This document shows, in pieces, positions 54,301 to 64,000 of a stretch of DNA of 64,000 bases (positions are counted from its first letter, which is position 1; every line of letters starts with the position of its first letter). The stretch comes from Eledone cirrhosa (taxonomy: Eukaryota): positions 125,206-189,205 of the forward strand of contig CAXHJY010001273.1 in NCBI GenBank assembly GCA_964016885.1. The letters are read 5' to 3'. The position numbers and the translations under genes were made by a program. The notes under the pieces were generated by a model. The model saw only the letters and a program-made list of their open reading frames with translations. It made no database searches and was not told the DNA's origin.

Positions 54301-55105
54301 TGTAGTGGTCAGACAACAGTGAGAGATGGAGTGTAGTGGTCAGCCAACAGTGAGAGATGGAGTGTAGTGGCCAGCCAACAGTGAGAGATGGAATGTAGTG
54401 GTCAGCCAACAGTGAGAGATGGAGTGTAGTGGTCAGCCAACAGTGAGAGATGGAGTGTAGTGGTCAGACAACAGTGGGAGATGGAGTGTAGTGGTCAGCC
54501 AACAGTGGGAGATGGAGTGTAGTGGTCAGACAACAGTGAGAGATGGAGTGTAGTGGTCAGACAACAGTGAGAGATGGAGTGTAGTGGTCAGCCAACAGTG
54601 AGAGGTGGAGTGTAGTGGTCAGCCAACAGTGAGAGATGGAGTGTAGTGGTCAGCCAACAGTGAGAGATGGAGTGTAGTGGTCAGCCAACAGTGAGAGATG
54701 GAGTGTAGTGGTCAGCCAACAGTGAGAGATGGAGTGTAGTGGTCAGCCAACAGTGAGAGATGGAGTGTAGTGGTAAGACAACAGTGAGAGATGGAGTGTA
54801 GTGGTCAGACAACAGTGAGAGATGGAGTGTAGTGGTCAGCCAACAGTGAGAGATGGAGTGTAGTGGTCAGCCAACAGTAAGAGATGGAGTGTAGTGGTCA
54901 ACCAACAGTGAGAGATGGAGTGTAGTGGTCAGCCAACAGTGAGAGATGGAGTGTAGTGGTCAGACAACAGTGAGAGATGGAGTGTAGTGGTCAGCCAACA
55001 GTAAGAGATGGAGTGTAGTGGTCAGCCAACAGTGAGAGATGGAGTGTAGTGGTCAGCCAACAGTGAGAGATGGAGTGTAGTGGTCAGCCAACAGTGAGAG
55101 ATGGA
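48379..55105. repeat. 31-bp satellite (~217 copies) with a 3317-bp higher-order duplication
   Basis: Unit gtggtcagccaacagtgagagatggagtgta. The variant pattern at 49349-49573 recurs at 52666-52890 (3317 = 107 x 31). Confidence 0.97.
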
Positions 55106-55187
55106 CACACAGACACACACACACATATATATATATAAATGTCTTCTACAGAACTACAACTGTTTCATTCAAAATAAATCATTTTCT

Positions 55188-55220
<33 letters not shown>

Positions 55221-55924
55221 CATGTGTGTGAGTTTATATGCTTGTATAAATATAGAATAATCTATATAAACTATTAATCATCTTTTGCCACTCTCCTTCC
55301 ACTTTACCACAAAAAACAATACCACAATCAACTCATATTCAAACTATACACTAACACATGCACTTATTGACACACACACACACATATATATATATATACA
55401 TATATACGTATATACAATCATGCACTACATACGTACAGAGGTACGTACTTACATACATATATATATGTACATACATATACAGTATATATATAATATAAAT
55501 ATTATACTCTTGATTTGGCCAGGGATGAATATTTCCAGATACTTTTTAGGTATGACTTTCCGTATTTATCCTTTGTATGAAATATTGATTGTTCTTCCGG
55601 TATCTTATCTCTGTTTTTAGCCTAAGAAAATACCTATATGCGTGTATAAATAATACATGCATATATTTATTTTTTTGTATCCAATTGAGTTCTTCGCGCA
55701 TGATTAAAATTATTGAAAAAATTAATTGACCCGCGTGCATATTATTTTATTATTTTATTATTTTATGTTTTGCGATGACTTCCCCTTTCCGCTTGATGGC
55801 AGTGTGAGATTTCTCATTGTAAGACTGCTGGAATTTCAAATTTGGTGGTCATTCTAGCACAGAGGGGTATCATCGCTGAACATTAATATCGTTAAGGTTT
55901 TTTTATATCGATATTTGTCGGGCA

Positions 55925-56046
55925 TCCACTGATGATTTATAAGTACCCACCTACATATATTCCTACGGACTATGTGTAGGCTTCTACATAACCAGCACAT
56001 TATTTTCCCAATTTGTAGAAAACTTATAATGAAACGATCGTTTGGA
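55925..56046 (+). ncRNA. Type I hammerhead with branched extension of stem II
   Basis: TCCA-CTGATGA-tTTATAAGT[~75 nt, two hairpins]ACTTATAAt-GAAA-C gatc G-TT-TGGA. Confidence 0.72.
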
Positions 56047-56239
56047 AAGAGAGATGTATTTTAATTATGTCTCATATAAAATAATACAACTGGCTATCCG
56101 CAAAATACGTATAGTTAGCCCCCCAAACGTATAATTGGGATTATACTAAGGTATATCCTAATGTTTGTTGAGTGAGACGGAAGCCGGTCGGAGTATTGCT
56201 TAAAGCTTTCTCTGTTAATGTATTAAATATATATATATA

Positions 56240-56436
56240 TAAATCAAAGGAGGTGTGGTAAGGAACCAGATGGACCATAACGCACCAGAGTACTCAATAC
56301 TTAGGGTAGTAGAGGGGGTAATAGGAAAAAGTTTAACCCCGACGGCAGAGCTCAAGCCGTTTCGACGGCTATTTCTGGAGTCCAGAAATAGCCGTCGAAA
56401 CGGCTTGAGCTCTGCCGTCGGGGTTAAACTTTTTCC

Positions 56437-56440
<4 letters not shown>
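56240..56440. mobile_element. Fold-back mini-element containing the 3' half of an HHR in both arms
   Basis: Perfect palindrome centred at 56380. GAA-ACGGC ttgagctct GCCGT-C is stem III plus a GUC site. ~80-nt left tail; TA flanks. Confidence 0.75.
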
Positions 56441-56490
<50 letters not shown>

Positions 56491-56576
56491 CCACTACACG
56501 CATAAAGTCAAAAATATCGATCTATTAGGATAAGTAATTTTGTTATTTGCTATGATAATAAATATTGTGAATGAGA

Positions 56577-56610
<34 letters not shown>

Positions 56611-56616
<6 letters not shown>

Positions 56617-56803
56617 AACAAGTAAGACCCCGGCGGCTGAGCTCAAGCCGCTTCGACGGCTAATTCAGTCCAGAATTAGCCGTCGAAACGGCTTGAGCTC
56701 AGCCGTCGGGGTCTTACTTGTTCCTATTACCCACTCTACTACACTAAGTATTGAGTACTTTGGTGCGTTGTGGTCCACCTGGTTCCTTACCACATTTCCT
56801 TCG

Positions 56804-56805
<2 letters not shown>
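56611..56805. mobile_element. Second, diverged fold-back copy of the same family (tail on right)
   Basis: Palindrome with loop agtcca (56667-56672). The tail is homologous to the reverse complement of 56245-56320. Confidence 0.75.
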
Positions 56806-56879
<74 letters not shown>

Positions 56880-57215
56880 GGAATGGGAAGAGTGAAAGGG
56901 TGTGAGAGAAAGAAAGGAAGACAGATAGATAGAGGGCAAAAAAAGAGAGAGAGAGAGGGACCGAGAAAGAGAAAGATCAAAAGATCAAGAGAGTGAGAGA
57001 GAGAGAGAAAGAGAGATCAAGAGATGTGTGTGTGTGTAAGAGAACGAGAGAGAGAGAGAGAGAGAGAATGTGTGTAAGAGAACGAGAGAGAGAGAGAGTG
57101 TGTGTGTGTATTGTAAGAGAGGGAGAGCGTCTGTGGGACATTTCTAAATTTAGCTTTTCGCTAAACAACGGTATTGTTATTGAATGATATCAGTGATAGC
57201 GTATCTATAACACCT

Positions 57216-57278
<63 letters not shown>

Positions 57279-57565
57279 GTATATACACATTTATACACAC
57301 ACACACACATATATAAATATATATTTATATACACATACATACATACATATATACACACATACATACATATATACATATATACATACATACACTAACACAT
57401 ACATATATACATACATACACACACATACATATATACATACATACACACATACATATATACATACATACATAGACACGTACATACATACGTACACACGTAT
57501 ACACACATACATACACACACATATACACACACATATTTATATATATATATACACACACACATACA

Positions 57566-57604
<39 letters not shown>

Positions 57605-57630
57605 GTATAACAATACTATATCTGTATTGT

Positions 57631-57820
57631 ATATCCCCTCGATAGTATATCGTATATCCCCTCCATAGTATATCGTATATCCCCTCCATAGTATATCGTA
57701 TATCCCCTCCATAGTATATCGTATATCCCCTCCATAGTATATCGTATATCCCCTCCATAGTATATCGTATATCCCCTCCATAGTATATCGTATATCCCGT
57801 CTATAGTATATCGTATATCG
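57631..57820. repeat. 23-bp tandem repeat (~8 copies)
   Basis: Unit atatcccctccatagtatatcgt. Confidence 0.93.
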
Positions 57821-57991
57821 GATATTGTGAATCAATCCCTCTGATATGATATCTCCATACTATGGTATCAGCTATATCGTATCAAACGGTTGTTAAACCG
57901 ATATATCTATATGTTATCAATATCAGATCTCTTTCTCTCTTTCTCTCACTCACCCATCCCCCCTCTCTCTATATATATGTATGTATATATG

Positions 57992-58029
<38 letters not shown>

Positions 58030-58064
58030 TATATAAAATAAAATAAATAAGTTTAATAAATAAT

Positions 58065-58249
58065 TGTTTCTACTTTAGGCACAAGGCCAGCAATTACCCA
58101 GTGCATTACTGGCTCTTTATTTTATCGACCCCGTAAGGATGAAAGGCAAAGTCAACCTCGGCGGGATTTGAACTCAGATCGTAAAGGGACGTAACTATGC
58201 TGGAAAGCATGGCGTCCGACCCTCTACCGATACTGCCAATCCACCGCCC
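58065..58249 (-). mobile_element. tRNA-derived SINE with 17-bp target-site duplication
   Basis: Reverse complement of the 33715-33910 family. taagtttaataaataat occurs at 58048-58064 and 58250-58266. Confidence 0.88.
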
Positions 58250-58290
58250 TAAGTTTAATAAATAATGTTTAAAATTTGGCTTCGTTTATT

Positions 58291-58345
58291 ACTGCTATAT
58301 ATATTTCGGTGACAGCCATCTTTGGCTGTGACCTCTTCAGGCAGT
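58291..58345 (-). ncRNA. Type I hammerhead ribozyme
   Basis: ACTGC-CTGAAGA-GGTcACAGCCA aaga TGGCTGTcACC-GAAA-T atat A-TA-GCAGT. Confidence 0.85.
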
Positions 58346-58632
58346 TTGAATTAGTGTGGTAGAGACGAGTACACATGTTGTTGAGGTGTTTAACTTTCTC
58401 AATACTCTGATATGCTCTGATATGCTCCAATCTGCATACTGAGGTGTTGGTATACAGCCAACATATACTCAAAATTTATATATATATATAACCAAAGATT
58501 AATATGGTTCATTGATTACTCAATGAATATAGTTTTACAATAGGTTAAAAGCACTCTACAATGGTTTTCTGGAGTTATTAATATTATTTAAAATATTAAT
58601 AAATGAAGACATTCGCATAATCAAAATATATG

Positions 58633-58694
58633 TTTTGTTATATATATTTCGAAGGTACTGTGCTGTTTTTTCAGTACGTCCTCGTCAGATAAAA
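58633..58694 (-). ncRNA. Type I hammerhead ribozyme
   Basis: Mirror of 58749-58810 with one stem I mismatch. Confidence 0.75.
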
Positions 58695-58748
58695 TACATG
58701 AATTGATGTATGAGATACTTCAACGGTCTTGATGGTTCAATTCATGTA

Positions 58749-58810
58749 TTTTATCTGACGAGGACGTACTGAAAAAACAGCACAGTACCTTCGAAATATA
58801 TATAATAAAA
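58749..58810 (+). ncRNA. Type I hammerhead ribozyme
   Basis: TTTTAT-CTGACGA-ggacGTACTG aaaaaacagca CAGTACcttc-GAAA-T atat A-TA-ATAAAA. Confidence 0.82.
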
Positions 58811-58857
58811 CATATATTTTGATTATACGAATGTCTTCATTTATTAATATTTTGAAT

Positions 58858-58887
<30 letters not shown>

Positions 58888-58893
<6 letters not shown>

Positions 58894-60825
58894 TAACAGA
58901 TTAAAGTTTAAGCAAAGAATCGCTGCTTTCACCCTTAACGGAATCTTCTGAAACTAACAAAGTCAATCTGTAAACGCAGAACTGGATATTTCAAAAAACG
59001 TTGCAACCGGAGGAAGACAGGAAGACGATACTTTGCTTCGTGGAAACGTTCGCTGGCTAATAACGGGAAAAAAACGAATATAATACGTCATTAATAGGAG
59101 CGGTGAAAAACAATTACGCGCAAAGACAGAACCACGTTTATGGTATAAAAGAGGTCGTAGACTAATGTTCTCTTAGGTGGTGCATAGAGACGTTCTCTGG
59201 CAATGAACGAAAATAAACGAAGATAATCTTCTTATATATAAAGTGAAGATGGGCATTGTTTGGTGTTCCCAACTTGCATGCTACACCGTTCATCCAATTT
59301 TCATGAAACCTCACACATATATAAAACTCAACGCGTAGAGTGGAATAGGCTACTTGAAAATTTCGAAAAATCGATAATCGGGACCCCAGACGCCAAAAAT
59401 CGATATTTTCAAAAATCGATGAAACTCGACGCAAGTGTGTATTTTGATCCGGGGATAAACGTGCGCTACATTAAATTTTCGAACAATCGATAATTGGATC
59501 ACCAGAGGCAAAAAGCGATATTTACGAAATTTGTCCGATTCCAATGACTTTGCGCAAAAAACAAGGCAAAGTTGCAGATGGGATAATTTTTTACAGGAAC
59601 GTCCGATTTTCGTGAAAACTGTCGCAAATGATTCGTCCATTATGCCGCGATTCAGATAAAGTCCCTTTTATTTCTTCTTCTGCACATGTGAGCGCCAAAA
59701 TTGTAAAAAAAAAAAAAAATTTGAAAAAATCGACTTTTTCACCCTGCTTTAAAAATCAACTGAAATTTCAATTCCAAATTAATTTGACTTCCGTCAGACT
59801 TGCAAAGAACAATTTCAACGATACACTCTGAACCTACAATTGATCCATTATTTATGCTCAATTACACACCTGCGTATACTAACCTCTATTTTTTCCCTTG
59901 AGGTCCCTGTGATGTGCGGTAACTTTCAAACATTTTAACAACATACCAAAGGTCGACTTACACCCGGGCAACGCCGGGTACTTCTGCTAGTACGTCATAT
60001 GGGGAGCGTGGAGAACAATAGCACGCAAAGACAAAACCACGTAAATGGTATAGCAGAAGTCGTAGACTAAATTCTAACTAGGAGACCGAATGAATCTCCG
60101 CTACGGAGTTAAGAACAAAGTAAATAAATACAATACAGAAGTAATAGAAATAAATAAATACATACACGCAAACAAATACGTACATACACAAGCATACGCA
60201 AAAACTTACCATAGGTAAACAAAACCACGCACATATAAATATGTGTGTGTGTGTAAGCGTGTATACAAATAAATAAATAATTATATAAACGTATATAAAT
60301 AAATAAATACGTATATAACAAGCGCACACACATACCTACATGTCAATACACGAATGTTCGGAGACGTAAGTCAACCAAAACATGAAGTACACATATACAT
60401 ACGCCCTACATACGTACGAACCTGCATACTCACACAGACGCAAAACTCCCGTATACACATAGCCGAACCATATGTACCAGAATATATAAAAAAATTATAC
60501 GCCATAACAATCAAATATACGTACGAGAAGTTATACGTACCTTCACAAAACATACGGATAATATATACTTACCTATGCAAATAAGTAAAGGTATAAACAA
60601 AACATATACTTAGCTCCCACATCGAGACGTAAAATATCCACATATAGATCGTACTATCCGTTAGGGTATAACGTGGGGCTGTAATAAAGGAAAGTTTTGT
60701 GCAATTTATGTTTACAAGCCGAAATTGCCTCAGATTTTTTGTTTAAGATGTGGTCTGTGGCGTAGAGTATTTCCAGGGCCTCAGCGGCGCAGGTCTACGT
60801 TTACAGATTGACTTTATAATTAAAT
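58888..60825 (-). mobile_element. Longer member of the 16305-16637 family (variant HHR at 58905-58955), interrupted by a Helitron
   Basis: 58888-59008 is nearly identical to 16398-16518. The right end carries the inverted piece cgtttacagattgacttt (~60798-60815). Confidence 0.7.
59227..59990 (+). mobile_element. Non-autonomous Helitron
   Basis: 5' TC, 3' hairpin CCCGG-gcaacg-CCGGG then CTAG, inserted between A and T with no TSD. Excision restores a host repeat. Confidence 0.88.
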
Positions 60826-60841
60826 AATATATATATATATA

Positions 60842-60972
60842 TTATTTAATTATAAAGTGACACAACACAAAATATAACTAATGGAGTAGTTATATTTTGT
60901 GTTGTTCACTTTCTAATTAAATAGCTCTGTTCTATACATAGAGCACTCTTTTTTTCCTTTGGAATTACGTAA
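60842..60972. mobile_element. Tiny fold-back-plus-tail insertion
   Basis: Imperfect palindrome 60842-60922 plus a ~50-nt tail. No HHR core retained. Confidence 0.5.
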
Positions 60973-60973
60973 A

Positions 60974-61010
<37 letters not shown>

Positions 61011-61028
61011 AGTATATATATATATATA

Positions 61029-61129
61029 CAGGGTGTCTCAAAAAAATAAATACACGCTTTGATTACCTGTACAGGCAATAATTATTAGATTGCTGTTGAG
61101 GTGTGTATACATTTTTGGGGGACACCCTG
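61029..61129. mobile_element. Tc1/mariner-type MITE
   Basis: TIRs CAGGGTGTC...GACACCCTG (imperfect out to ~25 bp), flanked by TA. Confidence 0.8.
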
Positions 61130-61238
61130 TATATATATTAATATATATATGTGTGTGTAATGTAACGATCGGGGCTATACTGATTATAATTCCGAAAGCC
61201 TCGTTGACACACACAAACACACACACGCACACACACAC

Positions 61239-61280
<42 letters not shown>

Positions 61281-61713
61281 GAATAATCGAGTATCGGAAA
61301 ATCAGCTCACGAATTAACGATAAACAAATCCGATATGAGTGGCAGAGGGCGCAATAATTTGGATAAATCAGAGCTATAACTATCGTTAAATTACCAGCAC
61401 ATAAAGATTATGCCTAAAATCACCCATTTAGCCGAAAAAGAACGACCAGGAAGATTCGGGTCACTCAAATAAAATATCAATAAATCAATAATTTAAATGA
61501 ATGTAAAAAACTTACCCGGACCCGCTAGAAGGGTGTTAAATCTAGCTTCTTGGGTTTCTGCAATTCCTTAATCCGTTCACTATCAGCCCACATAAAAATA
61601 TATAAAACTTCTAGGGAAGGACTGGACCGGAAGAACTTTATCAACGGGTTGCGTCCGAAAATAAAGAAGTGACCTTTAGCCAGACACGCACATGGTGCCC
61701 AGCAAGGGAGATA

Positions 61714-61800
<87 letters not shown>

Positions 61801-61898
61801 TATATATATATAGTGGTAGAACACTGGAAGGTAATGTCCGTAGTGGTAGAGCACTCAGTCCATGGGACGAGTTAGGTCATGGTTATACGGGTCCTTTA

Positions 61899-61936
61899 CG
61901 AGCTGAGGATCCGCTAAGGTGAAACAATTGTTCTCG
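61899..61936 (+). ncRNA. Minimal type I hammerhead
   Basis: CGAG-CTGAGGA-tCCgctaaGGt-GAAA-C aatt G-TT-CTCG, within a ~160-bp island between TA tracts. Confidence 0.75.
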
Positions 61937-61979
61937 GTATGGTGAACTAACTGTTGTGTAAGCACTTCTATATATATAT

Positions 61980-62222
61980 ATATATGAAAGACGTAAAATA
62001 AGAAAATTTTAAAAATTAAAAATCAACTTACTTACTAAAATTTTCATTCCAACTAATTAGTTTCTGTAAGGGGATAAATATAGTTACGTAATATAACTAT
62101 AGAGAATTCCTTAGTAAGTAAGTTGATTTTTAATTTTTTAAATTTTCTTATTTTACGTCTTTCATATAATTGTTCTGCATCCCCCTGCATAGAACCACAA
62201 AGGTACTAAGACATAACATATA
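61980..62222. mobile_element. Fold-back-plus-tail insertion in (TA)n
   Basis: 61980-62038 is inverted at ~62111-62169, with a ~50-nt right tail. Confidence 0.6.
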
Positions 62223-62272
62223 TATTTGCTAGCATGGGTGTATATCTGTACACATATGTTGGTAGATGTACT

Positions 62273-62369
<97 letters not shown>

Positions 62370-62394
62370 ACATGAAAATTGTATGTCAGAGACA

Positions 62395-62662
62395 TTGTTG
62401 AGGTCAACTTTGCTTTTTATCCTTCAGGGTAGTAGATAAAATAAAGTACCAGTTAAATACTTGGGTCGATATAATTGACTTTGCCTTTTCCCCCCAATTT
62501 GCTGGGCTTGTGCCAATGTTAAAAATAACTATTTGATCAATGGATTGGCAGAGTCGGTAGAGCGCCGGATGATATACCTTATTGTATTGGTTTATGCTCG
62601 TTAAGTTCTTGGTTCAAGTCCTACCGAAGTCACCTTTGTCTTTCTGTCTGCCGAGGTCGATA
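62395..62662 (+). mobile_element. Two partial tRNA-derived SINEs
   Basis: gaggtcaactttgc...ataaaataaagtaccag, then ggattggcagagtcggtagagcg...ggttcaagtcc. Confidence 0.7.
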
Positions 62663-62713
62663 TAGAGAACTGGCAGTCTCGTGAGAGTGGGACGACAGAC
62701 TTCAGAGAGAGAC

Positions 62714-62715
<2 letters not shown>

Positions 62716-62755
<40 letters not shown>

Positions 62756-62760
62756 GGATG

Positions 62761-62799
<39 letters not shown>

Positions 62800-62895
62800 G
62801 GATGGATAGATAGATAGATAGATGGATAGATAGATAGATAGATGGATAGATAGATAGATGGATAGATAGATAGATAGATGGATAGATAGATGGAT
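62716..62895. repeat. (GATA/GATG)n
   Basis: Direct reading. Confidence 0.95.
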
Positions 62896-62918
62896 ATGGT
62901 ATGTGTGTGTGTGTATTG

Positions 62919-62955
<37 letters not shown>

Positions 62956-63552
62956 TGTAGAGGAGAGAGGGAGGAAGAGGAAATGAAATTGACTCTACAG
63001 AGACATAGATAGACAGATAGATAGTGTATATGTGTGTGTGTTTGTATGTGTGTATGCGTGTATTTTTGTATCTGTGTGTGTTTGTATGTGTTTGTGAGAG
63101 AGAGAGAGCGCGAGAGAGAGAGAGTGAGGGGGGAGAGAGAGAGAGTGAGGGAGAGGAAATGAAACTGACTTCACAGAGACATAGATAGATAGACAGATAG
63201 TGTATGTGTGTGTGTGTATATATATGTGTGTGTGTGTATGTGTGTGTATGTGAGAGGGAGAGGGGGAAAGGATGTGGGACAGACATCACAGAGACAGACA
63301 GACAGATAGTGAATGTATGTGTTGGTGTGTGTGTGTAGGTGTATATATATATGTGTGTGTGAGCGAGAGGGAGGCAAAGGAAGCGAGAGTGACAAACAGA
63401 CAGACGAAGATCAATGCATTGATCTGTTGATAGAAGCGGCCAAAACAATTTCAGGCGGAAAGAGATCAATGTTAAGACCGGAACATTTTATCTTGTAAGA
63501 GTGGCAATACTCCAGCCAAGTAGACACTCCACTCTCACTCACACTCTTACTC

Positions 63553-63703
<151 letters not shown>

Positions 63704-63888
63704 TGTATGTATGTATATTTGCCAGGAGTTGTTTGTGACCGGTAGATAGTATTAGTAATGGAAAGACCAATGGAAACATTGTTTCCATGGTCCGATTTAA
63801 CGAGTTCCACCTCACTTGGTAAACGAATGAAGTCTGGGATCTTGTCGATTGATTGATATTTGTATATGAATACACACACTCACACACA

Positions 63889-64000
63889 TCTTATATATAT
63901 ATAAAAGCGAGGATGTGTGTGTGTCTGTGTACAACTTTGGATACCTAAGGCTTTTACAATTACCAACCGAATTTGACCAAATTTTCTGTGCACGTTGCAC
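63889..64000 (+). mobile_element. Probable 5' end of a non-autonomous Helitron, cut by the window edge
   Basis: A|TCTTATATATATATAAAAG start, like the elements at 59227 and 35556. Confidence 0.5.

Larger units (their letters stand above)
58490..58860. mobile_element. Fold-back HHR element in (TA)n
   Basis: Arms ~58586-58706 and ~58737-58858, plus a ~95-nt left tail. Related to 15842-16278. Confidence 0.8.

Noticed and set aside
46855-55105. CRISPR-like appearance of the 31- and 48-bp repeats
   Set aside because: Units are contiguous with no unique spacers, no cas genes are present, and the context is eukaryotic.
61165-61210. CTGATTA...GAAA motif after tgtaacg (possible HHR or LTR start)
   Set aside because: Core mismatch, no stem II or III pairing, and no partner LTR.

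Overview
Repeat-saturated eukaryotic DNA with no recognisable host gene. The SINE families and microsatellite load suggest a coleoid cephalopod such as Octopus (inference). Most ORF-track entries are microsatellite artefacts. Real coding remnants are a near full-length Tx1/L1-clade retrotransposon (minus strand, ~41-5830) with three further 3' fragments in (GATA)n tracts, a 5'-truncated R4/Dong-type RT plus restriction-like-endonuclease element inside (TAA)n (27711-30464), and a C-terminal fragment resembling a Penelope-like GIY-YIG endonuclease (10151-10443). The main hidden signal is non-coding. By eye I count about 14 complete type I hammerhead ribozyme (HHR) folds, 3 variant-core copies and several half or decayed copies, from at least 8 unrelated sequence families. 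Nearly all lie in fold-back insertions in (TA)n tracts, with one arm carrying a ~50-105 nt tail. The standout is a tandem array of four near-identical 466-bp units plus one inverted unit (17731-20054), each with a minimal HHR: a candidate retrozyme/circular-RNA element. Also present are non-autonomous Helitrons, a Tc1/mariner MITE, tRNA-derived SINEs, and 80/84-, 48-, 31- and 23-bp satellites.
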